A stretch of DNA of 64,000 bases from a virus: positions 1-64,000 of IMG/VR virus record IMGVR_UViG_3300025151_004231; one strand, written 5' to 3'. Shown one piece after another: positions 46,824 through 54,813 of this stretch. A model generated the notes under the pieces. The model ran no database searches. It saw only the letters and a program-made list of their open reading frames with translations, and was not told the origin of the DNA. The first letter of the stretch is position 1, and each line of letters starts with the position of its first letter. The position numbers were made by a program, and so were the translations under genes.

Positions 46824-48529
46824 TAATCGTACTCCGGGGTATATGGTTCATATTCGCCTGTATACCAATGTTTAATAATTTTTTCTGCTGGCTTGCCCCT
46901 CACTGATTGAGAGATATTTGGGAAGCCTTCTATTCCGTCACCAAGTCTTTCACCACTGTTAGGAATTAGTGTATCTGACAACCAGTACGCAGTACTTGCC
47001 GTAGTTCCTTTTGTATTGAACCAAGGTTGTTTATCAACTGCTCTTAACATACCTTCTATATACATTGCTTGTGCTGAGAAATCAGTTGGGATAGACCATT
47101 GCATACATCGACCTTCATATGATACGCCATCATATGTGCCTTCAGTACAGAAGCCGTCTTCATACCAACCTCTACTTAAAAACATTTTATGACTTTGAGC
47201 AAACAGATTCCAAATTACTGGGGGAATATCATATGTAGTATATTCCCCACACGGGTGACCATCATTACAAGTCCATTCATTATACCTATCAGAAATATAA
47301 GTTGCTATTCGTTCTTCTACTTGCTCTACAGTAGCACTATCTTCTTCGCCAGGAAAGAACAGAGTAGGTAAAGAAAAGGTCCACGCATCTATCTGGTCCA
47401 TTACACGTGAATCATTCCACACCATGCCCTCACCCATGAACACTTCGCCATCAAATCGGACTTTAATTTCAGATATGATACTAGCCATTCTTTCCATATA
47501 ATAATTTTCGAGGTATACTCTTTCTTCCTGTGATGCTTCATTTTGTAGACCACAGAAGCATATCCACATAGCACTCCAATCTGCTGACATAGATGATGCT
47601 CCCACTGATTGCAGTCTCTCTGCTTCCCAAATCATGTGTTTTTCATGGGTATCCATAATTCTTTTTAATAATGCTCGGTCAACATAAGCCATGCCATCAA
47701 AGGGAAACAGCATTGTATTAGTATCATCCAATACTAAAAACTGCCATGCATAGTGCATTTTCATTCCTAACTCTTTGGCAGTTTCGGCGATGAATTCTAT
47801 TTGCGAATCAGTTATATGTTTACGACCGTGATTGATAGTCCATGTTTCTTCTGTGTGATCGTTCCAGTAACCAAAGTTATATACCCATGCAGTTTCTACA
47901 CCGTGTTCTTTTAGTCGGCGTAATGTCGTTCTATACATTAATTTGATATACTGATCTTTAGTACAATGGTTTACTAAATTGGTTTTGTTTTTATAGTTTT
48001 CATAAACCCATTGAACACCGTAATCTTTAAAGCCGATTGCTTTAAAATGTCCTTCTCCGAATGAATTCTGCGGCATAGGTATATCAAATTCACCTAAGTA
48101 TTCTTCTTTGATTTTTGAACTGTGTGGGTTTGTACAAGAGCCTTCACTGTCTTCGTCATTAACGGTAACATCTACACTTGCAGTACCACCTGAACAATTG
48201 ATAGAGAACGTGTGATCACCATAACTATCCATTGTAAAATTCTCACTGCCACTCAATGACTTGCTACCTGACCAATAACCAGATGCTGTACATGAGGATG
48301 CATTTGAACTAGACCAAGTTATTGTAATAGGGTCACCAACTACAACACTTGTTTTACTTGCAGTCATTGATACGGATGCATTAGAATTGTTGCCACCGCT
48401 ACTACTATTACCACCACTGATTGTGCCACCGATGATTGCTCCTGCAGTGTCTCCTCCACCTCCACCGCCACCACATGCAGTGATGATTGCTAGTAAAGGG
48501 ACGATAGTAATATGTCTATAAAATGTCAT
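46823..48529 (-). CDS. lipoprotein with Ig/PKD-like domain and possible glycoside-hydrolase TIM barrel
   Basis: ITAC-G7 lipobox; ITWSSSNASSCTASG.WSG; C-terminal SVRGKPAEKIIK.WY. Confidence 0.55.
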   Translation of the reverse strand: MTFYRHITIVPLLAIITACGGGGGGGDTAGAIIGGTISGGNSSSGGNNSNASVSMTASKTSVVVGDPITITWSSSNASSCTASGYWSGSKSLSGSENFTMDSYGDHTFSINCSGGTASVDVTVNDEDSEGSCTNPHSSKIKEEYLGEFDIPMPQNSFGEGHFKAIGFKDYGVQWVYENYKNKTNLVNHCTKDQYIKLMYRTTLRRLKEHGVETAWVYNFGYWNDHTEETWTINHGRKHITDSQIEFIAETAKELGMKMHYAWQFLVLDDTNTMLFPFDGMAYVDRALLKRIMDTHEKHMIWEAERLQSVGASSMSADWSAMWICFCGLQNEASQEERVYLENYYMERMASIISEIKVRFDGEVFMGEGMVWNDSRVMDQIDAWTFSLPTLFFPGEEDSATVEQVEERIATYISDRYNEWTCNDGHPCGEYTTYDIPPVIWNLFAQSHKMFLSRGWYEDGFCTEGTYDGVSYEGRCMQWSIPTDFSAQAMYIEGMLRAVDKQPWFNTKGTTASTAYWLSDTLIPNSGERLGDGIEGFPNISQSVRGKPAEKIIKHWYTGEYEPYTPEYD

Positions 48530-48561
48530 TCTGTGTACCTATATGTGTCAAGTGTTTATAC

Positions 48562-48590
48562 AGTATACATAAAATGGTGACCAAAGTCAA
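48562..48590 (-). promoter_or_regulatory. sigma70 promoter
   Basis: TTGACT-17-TATACT; spacer holds TGGTCACCA. Confidence 0.65.
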
Positions 48591-48593
48591 TAG

Positions 48594-48627
48594 AAAAATG
48601 CCCAAATCTTGCGAAATGGGCATTTTT
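48594..48627. terminator. intrinsic terminator
   Basis: AAAAATGCCCA...TGGGCATTTTT. Confidence 0.75.
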
Positions 48628-48666
48628 GTTTTTTAAGTCTTTCTTTGAGGAACTGATATTAGATTT

Positions 48667-48789
48667 TTAAATGCTAATTTGCCCAATTGAGTGAATCATA
48701 ATCCAAGTCGTTGTTATAAATAACATGACTTCTCCTACTACTTCGCCTCTGGGCATCCAGTGTTGCGTTGTGCAAAAGAATTTCTTCAA
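48667..48789 (-). CDS. small single-TM protein (40 aa)
   Basis: GGAGA SD plus TTG; MKKFFCTTQHWMPRGEVVGEVMLFITTTWIMIHSIGQISI. Confidence 0.45.
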   Translation of the reverse strand: MKKFFCTTQHWMPRGEVVGEVMLFITTTWIMIHSIGQISI

Positions 48790-48935
48790 TGTCGTCTCCG
48801 TGTGTGTAATGCAAAGGAGTAGTTTTTTCTAACATCTAAAAACGGTTTTTTCAAATGTGTAAAAAATGCTACTATGTAGGACCCTCCTACAATTCTATTT
48901 ATACCTAATGTTCGATAATGCTACTTTTCGTAGCA

Positions 48936-49018
48936 AGTGTCATAAAGTGTCATACCGCGGAAGCAATATGGGGTACAGATAATTTTAGTTACCTTCTAAA
49001 GTGTCATAGAGTGTCATA
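48936..49018. repeat. four AGTGTCATA direct repeats in two 10-bp-period pairs
   Basis: copies start at 48936, 48946, 49000 and 49010. Confidence 0.85.
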
Positions 49019-49433
49019 CTTTAGAGTCTAAATATTCTTTTAAGTTGCCATGCAATGTAATCATCATAGCAGTTTTATGTTCGTAAACCCTGATAAAAGG
49101 TTGTCCTTTCTTGCCCCTTAGTTTATGTACGCCGAGGTAATATGGACATTTAATCTTTTTTATAATTTCTTGGATAAATGCCTCTGGAGCAACAATTCTT
49201 CTCTTGTGCATTCCTTTAGGGTCAAGTCCTAACTCAAAATCATAATGTTCAAGTTTTGCTAATTTGAATAATCTGAGCCCTTCTTCACTGAGTCTTAGAC
49301 CTTGTCCGCCTCGACCTGTCAACCACATTTTGAATATGACATCGCCTAAAGGCATATTGGGAGGTATAATACCTTCGGGTATCTCCTTTAGTATTGCTTC
49401 TGTGATTTTTTCTTTGCTTCTAGGAAATTTCAT
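49014..49433 (-). CDS. hypothetical protein
   Basis: GLRLSEEG...CPYY. Confidence 0.7.
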   Translation of the reverse strand: MKFPRSKEKITEAILKEIPEGIIPPNMPLGDVIFKMWLTGRGGQGLRLSEEGLRLFKLAKLEHYDFELGLDPKGMHKRRIVAPEAFIQEIIKKIKCPYYLGVHKLRGKKGQPFIRVYEHKTAMMITLHGNLKEYLDSKV

Positions 49434-49719
49434 CCGGGTAAACTGTGCGTCCTGAGTTTAGGAATACGACAGTAAACTTGTCAGTTTTAAATTGTGCATT
49501 TAATTTTCTACACAGATTTCTAGCATGTCCTGGATTAGAGAAACTAGTTTTTTTGTACTTTGGAGCCGCATCGCCGTTTAGATAATGTGATGATTTTAGA
49601 TTGATAGGTTGATCATCATAGTAGACAGCCCAAATACCGGACGCCTCAATGATTTGGTCACACTTGTATGTGTCTTTATCAACATACTCTAAAATTACAT
49701 GTGGCTGATTTCTACTCAC
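49420..49719 (-). CDS. conserved phage hypothetical protein
   Basis: KYKKTSFSNPGHA.NL. Confidence 0.7.
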   Translation of the reverse strand: MSRNQPHVILEYVDKDTYKCDQIIEASGIWAVYYDDQPINLKSSHYLNGDAAPKYKKTSFSNPGHARNLCRKLNAQFKTDKFTVVFLNSGRTVYPDEIS

Positions 49720-49916
49720 TTGAACGAGCCGCCTTTAACTTGTACATCAATTGTTTCTTCATTATCTTTTTCCTTTTTCAACTCATTCAATTCTGCTAAC
49801 AACATAACTAAATCGTCTCGCAAACCTCTGGCTTGATCAATTGGGAGAACAACAGTTGTACTTCTCTTGCTCTCTCCTAATGATACTTTGTTCACAAAAT
49901 CTTTTATGTGTAACAT
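49716..49916 (-). CDS. hypothetical protein
   Basis: ORF in operon after a late box. Confidence 0.65.
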   Translation of the reverse strand: MLHIKDFVNKVSLGESKRSTTVVLPIDQARGLRDDLVMLLAELNELKKEKDNEETIDVQVKGGSFK

Positions 49917-49923
49917 AATATGC

Positions 49924-50391
49924 TTATATATTTATCAGATTTTTTGCTTCTTCCCTTGTTTTAAAAGGACCTTGATAAGGATATCTTTGAATAAAGATGT
50001 ATTTTGGGCAAAATATAACTTGGTCGATTCCGTTATGTTGCACTACAAAGTAGCCTGCGGCATGAAAGCATTTTGATTTTTTAGTCTTAGTAAAAACATG
50101 AAGACCGCGTTTGACATCATAAACAGAATTATATGTCCTAGCAGTTGTAGGAAATTCCGGGTACGGAGTATCTACATTTGCCTTCGATTCTTTGGGTGCT
50201 ACAAACTTAATTTTAGTATTTTTTTGAATCTTTTTGATAGACTCAAATTCAAATACTTCGTCTTGTAAAGTAACGTTAAATGTTCCTACATTGTTTGCAC
50301 AAACATTACCGACTTTTCTTTCGCCGTCTTTTAAAATCCAAAACTCATCATCTTTGATGGGCTTTGCAGTCAATTCTACATCTAATATCAT
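49924..50391 (-). CDS. hypothetical protein
   Basis: GGAGA SD; FCPK...RYPYQGPFKT. Confidence 0.7.
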   Translation of the reverse strand: MILDVELTAKPIKDDEFWILKDGERKVGNVCANNVGTFNVTLQDEVFEFESIKKIQKNTKIKFVAPKESKANVDTPYPEFPTTARTYNSVYDVKRGLHVFTKTKKSKCFHAAGYFVVQHNGIDQVIFCPKYIFIQRYPYQGPFKTREEAKNLINI

Positions 50392-50434
50392 CTTTTCTCC
50401 ATTAAGTTCGTAAACGTAAATTTTGCTTTCAGTT

Positions 50435-51442
50435 TTAACCATCTACTAGTTTCCCTGAATATGGTGAGTTCAACCATTTAGAATAACTATCTGCTTGATC
50501 ACTGATTCTGTTAAGTTCATACTTACCACAAAAACGCATAAAGTGTACACCTACTTGAGGGACTTCTTTCTTTTCACTTACGCCATTTTTGATATTAGTA
50601 TCAACTTGATTTCTGATAGCCTCGGGTTGTGCTGTCAAGTCAATCAAAACACGATTACGTTCATAATCATCACGCACTCTGTGTTCTACATCATTATGAT
50701 CAGTCCAACGTTGCAACATGATGTTATTCCAGTTGAATCCGCCCTTGTCTTTATCTGCATATGCTTCTAGCAAACCTGTTTTGTTTTTAGTACCCTTCTT
50801 ACGTACACCTGGATATGCACTAAACACATTGTCAGTAGTGTCACCACGCATACATTTTTCAAAGAGTAGATAAGCAGGGTCTTCAAGTAACTTGGGCTCA
50901 CCTGTCTTTTTGTCTTTGATTGGACGATCCTTGTCATCAAAGTAACCATCTAAACAGATAAACTGATTTGACACACCGTTGTACTGATGTACATTCTCTG
51001 CGATAAGTTGAACATAATCTGAGTCACTAGATATAATGACATGCTCATCATCAGGATGTAATGCAATGAAACGAGCAATCAAATCGTCAGCCTCAGCATT
51101 GGGATCTCGTAAGACACTACAGTTAGTCTTGTCTTTGAGATACGTTGTAAATGTTTCATAAGTCTCCCAGAACATTTCATTTTCTTCTTGCTCTGCTTCA
51201 GTCAATGACTGAGCCGCAACCTTACGATTTGCTTTGTAAGGTGTGTAAAACTCTTTACGCCATGAACGACCCTCTAAACAGAATACGACATGATCGATAC
51301 CGAATCTACGCACAGCCTGATTGGCAGATGCTAACTGTAGATGCAGTGCCATGCCTATCTTTTCCCAAGTATTTGAGTTACGACTTGCGACATGACGGGC
51401 ACGAAAGAACGTGTTTGCTGTGTCTATAAGGGCATATTTCAT
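50435..51442 (-). CDS. rnh: T4-type RNase H / 5'-3' exonuclease
   Basis: LID, SWRK..Y..YKANR, EADDLI, SSDSDYVQL, GDTTDNV. Confidence 0.9.
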   Translation of the reverse strand: MKYALIDTANTFFRARHVASRNSNTWEKIGMALHLQLASANQAVRRFGIDHVVFCLEGRSWRKEFYTPYKANRKVAAQSLTEAEQEENEMFWETYETFTTYLKDKTNCSVLRDPNAEADDLIARFIALHPDDEHVIISSDSDYVQLIAENVHQYNGVSNQFICLDGYFDDKDRPIKDKKTGEPKLLEDPAYLLFEKCMRGDTTDNVFSAYPGVRKKGTKNKTGLLEAYADKDKGGFNWNNIMLQRWTDHNDVEHRVRDDYERNRVLIDLTAQPEAIRNQVDTNIKNGVSEKKEVPQVGVHFMRFCGKYELNRISDQADSYSKWLNSPYSGKLVDG

Positions 51443-51475
51443 ACGAGTCTCTTATTTATCATTTAATAATATACT

Positions 51476-51504
51476 ATTATACGCAAAATATACGCATATT
51501 GCAA
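51476..51504 (-). promoter_or_regulatory. sigma70 promoter flanked by two TGGGTAAA boxes
   Basis: TTGCAA-17-TATAAT; ATGGGTAAAATGGGTAAA at 51511-51528. Confidence 0.7.
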
Positions 51505-51528
51505 GCCTTTATGGGTAAAATGGGTAAA

Positions 51529-53004
51529 TTAATCTGCGTTGTGATCGCCGATCATAAATCGGAAACTTTGCGAACATCTTCCGTTCTGGGCAATAAGATA
51601 ATTAAAGTTGTGTTCTAGTCTAGGAAGAAGTTCTTTTTGGGCTTCTAACCACCATTCATCAGTCTGACTACATAACCTTTCGATTTCTTCAGCAATTGCA
51701 ACTGCTCTATCTTCGTCATTTTCGATCAAGTCATATGCTTCATTAATCCATGGCGAAAAGGTCTTATATCCTGTTTCTCTTAACACTGCTAAAGAACCGG
51801 GCATACCACACAAAACAAAAGGAACTTTTGCTAAGATAAATTTATATGTTTTTTCGGTAAATGTAATACAGTCTATAAAGTTAGTATCTATATTGATTGG
51901 AAATTCATACTCTAACTCACTAAATTTATAATCCTTATCATATATTTCAGGGTGAGTTTTATTAGTTATATCTTGCAAGTATTTCGTTTCAGTAATAATA
52001 GCAAAATAACATTTACTAACATGATCTATAGTATCTTCACCTAAAGATATCCATTGATCTTGGTCCATAAAAAAATTATTTAAATCAAAATTCTGAGCAG
52101 TATCACCTTGGTAATCTCTGCTTCCTAGACCTTTTAAACTTAAAGTTAAGTCTTTATTGTTAACTAATGCTTGAAAAATTTCTTGTCCCGTTTCAGGATA
52201 ATGGGTCTGGGTAAAAGGATTATTAGGATCAGCAAACTGTTCAACAGAACCACTCCAATCTTCTTCTTTAAGGTTCAACGACATTAGTCCATGTGGATGC
52301 AAATCTCGTCTGATTATTTGTCCTACAAAATAAACTCTGTTTATTTTAGGATGATTGTTGTAGAATAAAAATTTATAGGGTTTAATTTTTGGTTTACTGT
52401 TTAGTTTTCTTAATGCTTTTTGTTCCCCTTCATCGGCCCTAGACCATTGACTATTAAGGGTGTCTTCTAATCCATTGGAACATATCTGAGACATCCACAT
52501 CATTAATTTATATTTTTTGGTGTGTTCTATCATATATCGATAGTTTTTAGTATGAGGAGCACATGCCCAAATCATCGCAAAATGATTGGGAGTTACTACA
52601 GGATTATCCGGGTCTGATAAGTAACCATGATTTATGTAATTAAACACATCAGACCAAAATTTCAAATCTAAAAAGGTATAACCTTCTGAGGCTTGTTTTA
52701 AAACAAACTTGTTTTTACCTCTTTCTTGTGCTTTTTCCCATATATAATCGCCTATAGTGGTAACTAGGTGAGTGTATTGTGCATCTCCTTCCCAAATTCT
52801 ACCAGGTCCCAATGATGGTATATGCGAAAATTCATATCCTAGAATTACAAAATAATCCTCATATGCGTCTGCACCGAGTAGTATTGAAGTATGCATAGTT
52901 TTTTCAAAGGATCGTTCTTCATCTAGTTCTGTAGACAAAGGCTTAGTGATGTGGTCTAAAGGAATAGTCCACCTGTTTTTATTTTCAGGATTATGCTCAG
53001 ACAT
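51529..53004 (-). CDS. glycosyltransferase-like hypothetical protein
   Basis: IITET...TEKTYK...PFV..G....LR..GYKTF...INEAYD C-domain. Confidence 0.5.
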   Translation of the reverse strand: MSEHNPENKNRWTIPLDHITKPLSTELDEERSFEKTMHTSILLGADAYEDYFVILGYEFSHIPSLGPGRIWEGDAQYTHLVTTIGDYIWEKAQERGKNKFVLKQASEGYTFLDLKFWSDVFNYINHGYLSDPDNPVVTPNHFAMIWACAPHTKNYRYMIEHTKKYKLMMWMSQICSNGLEDTLNSQWSRADEGEQKALRKLNSKPKIKPYKFLFYNNHPKINRVYFVGQIIRRDLHPHGLMSLNLKEEDWSGSVEQFADPNNPFTQTHYPETGQEIFQALVNNKDLTLSLKGLGSRDYQGDTAQNFDLNNFFMDQDQWISLGEDTIDHVSKCYFAIITETKYLQDITNKTHPEIYDKDYKFSELEYEFPINIDTNFIDCITFTEKTYKFILAKVPFVLCGMPGSLAVLRETGYKTFSPWINEAYDLIENDEDRAVAIAEEIERLCSQTDEWWLEAQKELLPRLEHNFNYLIAQNGRCSQSFRFMIGDHNAD

Positions 53005-53017
53005 GCACAATATTTAT

Positions 53018-53341
53018 CTAGTCAGATAAAGGGGGAGGGGGTTGATAAGACTGGACTGCATTATCAAGTGTTTTGCTTGGCTCTACAAAACCTTCTGCTT
53101 GTGCTACTTCTTTATTATCAAAAAACTTGTGCATTTCTTCAATAAGGAATGTTCTGTTTTCAGCAACAGATAAGTCTAATCTGCGTTCATTAATAAGAGT
53201 AGTCTGATGAAGTTTCCATGCATCAAAGGCTTTTTGAGATACAGTTGCCATTAAATCTTTACCGGCTTGACCTGGTAAAGGTGGAAACGACATTGCTGGA
53301 AGTTCCTCTTGATATTTCTTACAAAATACAACTGCTTCCAT
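53018..53341 (-). CDS. yggX: Fe(II)-trafficking / oxidative damage protection protein YggX
   Basis: VFCKK...PPLPG..GK...VSQKAF..W..HQT.LINE.RL. Confidence 0.9.
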   Translation of the reverse strand: MEAVVFCKKYQEELPAMSFPPLPGQAGKDLMATVSQKAFDAWKLHQTTLINERRLDLSVAENRTFLIEEMHKFFDNKEVAQAEGFVEPSKTLDNAVQSYQPPPPLSD

Positions 53342-53752
53342 TTAACTTACCTCTGATCTTCCGTCACCTATGTCTTTACTACTGACAACTCTCATGTCTG
53401 CACCAGTGATAGGATCTTTATCTTTTCTATTATAAGGGTCTGCTTGATCTTGCTCATATACTTCTAGTGCAATATTACGACAAACTTGTTGAAACCATCT
53501 GTCTACGATTTCTTCATCGGTGTCATCATCTGCTTGTTTGTAACCTGCTTTGATAAGGTTCAATACGAACTTATCATTCCAATCCATTTCAAACGCACCG
53601 TTATTGATATCCATTTCATCTATGTCTACGTTTAAAATAGATACCCAAGGTTCGCCGGCTCTAGTTGCTTTTTCTTTTTCACTGAGTTTCGGTGATGCTT
53701 TCTTTTTAGGTTCGGGCTTTTTACCGAACATGTTTTTAATCTTGTCTAACAT
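53342..53752 (-). CDS. conserved phage hypothetical protein
   Basis: GEPWV...FEMDWN..FV..L. Confidence 0.7.
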   Translation of the reverse strand: MLDKIKNMFGKKPEPKKKASPKLSEKEKATRAGEPWVSILNVDIDEMDINNGAFEMDWNDKFVLNLIKAGYKQADDDTDEEIVDRWFQQVCRNIALEVYEQDQADPYNRKDKDPITGADMRVVSSKDIGDGRSEVS

Positions 53753-54775
53753 TTAAGTCCTCTCTATATACTTATCATGCAATTGGAAGGACGCAAGATT
53801 TTTTGCTTTAGACTCACACATAATGTCAGCCCATGATAGATGTTCGATAGCCCAGTCGTTGACAGCATTGTTCCAGTAGTAGTCAGAATGTGCCCTGAGT
53901 TTTTGTTTCTTGTGCCCTGACTCTAGTAGAGTGTCTAAGTCGGGTAATTGATCAATATTGTGACCTACAAGATAATCCTCACGTGATACAGAGTAATGAA
54001 TCACAGGACGCACACCTCGCCAAGAATCAATTATACGTTTACATCGATCATCTGTTGGTAGAATATATTCTCCTTCTTTGACCCAGTGATGGTGTATGTC
54101 CAATACGAGTGCAAGATGATCGGCGAGTTCGAGGCTGGCGTCGAGTCCCCATGACATTTCATCGTTTTCGATTGTGATTGTGTTTCGTGCCTCGGGTGAG
54201 AGTCTGGGTAAGATATCGATGATACCTTGGGGACCGCGACGTCCTGAGATGTGTACGTTGATTTTGAAATCCTGAAAGGACTTACCGTAACCCATTGCCC
54301 TTGCCATATCCACATGATATTCAAACTCCTCTATACTATTATCGACAATACTGTCAGTTTCTGAAGCAAGAACAGTAAACTGACCTGGATGAAATGATAG
54401 TCTGACATTGTTTGCACGTGCAACGTCACCGATTGGCGAACATAGTTGCTCCATGCGATTGATGACATCAGCACGTTTGTAGAAGTATGAGAACTCCGGA
54501 TGTGTGTAACCAGTCATCATATCACTAGTTAGACGTACCATACGTAATGATTGGGGCAATGTAGCAACTTTAGATACAAGATTGTATGTATTAGTCAAGT
54601 TGCGTTCCATAACTTCCCACATCTTGTCTTCTGCTTTGTCAGGATTATTACGCAACCACGTTAGTGTAGTGCCACCTGTATTGAGTCCCTCAGTAGAAAC
54701 TAGTTGATCTTTGTCATTGATCTCAGACCATTTGCAGGCGAAACCTATACGTTTAATATTATTATCTGTAAACAT
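53753..54775 (-). CDS. uvsE: UV damage endonuclease UvsE/UVDE
   Basis: IGFAC, RLSFHPGQF, INVH, IENDE, LDIHHH, AHSD, ESKAK. Confidence 0.92.
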   Translation of the reverse strand: MFTDNNIKRIGFACKWSEINDKDQLVSTEGLNTGGTTLTWLRNNPDKAEDKMWEVMERNLTNTYNLVSKVATLPQSLRMVRLTSDMMTGYTHPEFSYFYKRADVINRMEQLCSPIGDVARANNVRLSFHPGQFTVLASETDSIVDNSIEEFEYHVDMARAMGYGKSFQDFKINVHISGRRGPQGIIDILPRLSPEARNTITIENDEMSWGLDASLELADHLALVLDIHHHWVKEGEYILPTDDRCKRIIDSWRGVRPVIHYSVSREDYLVGHNIDQLPDLDTLLESGHKKQKLRAHSDYYWNNAVNDWAIEHLSWADIMCESKAKNLASFQLHDKYIERT

Positions 54776-54813
54776 TGATAAATACTCTTATAAAGTGATG
54801 GAAAAATGAACCT

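Noticed and set aside
48936-49018. Canonical Pho box
   Set aside because: The TGTCAT core matches, but the period is 10 bp rather than the 11 bp of PhoB boxes.
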